Shown: piece by piece, positions 19,837 to 20,000 of the stretch | Numbering within the stretch: the stretch's first letter is position 1 | Layout of the letters: each line of letters begins with the position of its first letter | NCBI RefSeq assembly: GCF_011745625.1 | Contig: NW_027191497.1 | Location: forward strand, 114,961-134,960 | DNA length: 20,000 bases | Source of the DNA: Cladosporium halotolerans | Taxonomy: Eukaryota | Direction of reading: 5' to 3' | Notes under the pieces: generated by a model | Databases searched by the model: none | Seen by the model: the letters and a program-made list of their open reading frames with translations, nothing else | Told to the model about the DNA's origin: nothing | Made by a program: the position numbers and the translations under genes

Positions 19837-20000
19837 CAGGGATTCCGCTCGATGTAGGAGGGTGAGACCGCGGGGCGGGCTCCCACTGGCTACTTTTTAG
19901 GTCGGTGGTCGGTGGAGGGGCCCGGGGCCGGGGGGGGTTCGTGTAGAGTTGCCCATCTGCGTTTATTTGTCCGACTAGGGCGGCTACTTTTCGATTGGGG

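Larger units (their letters stand above)
18660..20000 (+). ncRNA. TER: Long structured ncRNA, candidate telomerase RNA (5' portion; boundaries approximate, continues past the window end)
   Basis: No credible ORF. Many hand-found helices whose G-U pairs work only on the + strand, and a cUUCGg-capped hairpin at 19776-19801. Template-like CAACCCTAACCCTA at 19145-19158 follows a hairpin at 19125-19143. Pseudoknot, P6/P6.1 and the 3' end were not identified in the window. Confidence 0.6.

Noticed and set aside
19210..19886. ORFs 19210-19731, 19410-19865 and 19575-19886
   Set aside because: P/H/T-rich translations of low-complexity C/A DNA that lacks stops by composition; no recognisable motif.
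1..20000. CRISPR arrays, tRNA/rRNA genes, transposons or RIP-degraded repeats
   Set aside because: No repeat-spacer periodicity, cloverleaf, transposase/RT motifs, terminal repeats or AT-rich RIP tracts were seen.

Overview
Gene-dense eukaryotic DNA from a filamentous ascomycete. The evidence is short GT-AG introns with CTRAC branch points and Pezizomycotina-type proteins; Dothideomycete is only a guess. Gene order: 5' part of a GPI19/PIG-P gene (-), NTA1 N-terminal amidase (+), an intronless GH2 beta-galactosidase (+), an orphan F-box-like protein (+), RPL10 (-), RPL30 (-), a 671-aa coiled-coil protein (+), an AVO2-like ankyrin protein (+) and the PRP2/DHX16 DEAH helicase (-). The last ~1.35 kb (about 18660-20000) has no credible ORF. 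By hand it folds into many + strand helices with G-U pairs and a cUUCGg tetraloop, and it carries a telomere-complementary tract (CAACCCUAACCCUA) just after a hairpin. It is best read as the 5' part of a telomerase RNA transcribed divergently from PRP2. Other highlights: the coiled-coil protein resembles the C-terminus and Rab-binding domain of animal Rab11-FIP3/4; the AVO2 start codon is split by an intron and overlapped by a uORF; both long ribosomal-protein introns are structured. All structures and homologies were judged by eye, without folding software or database searches.
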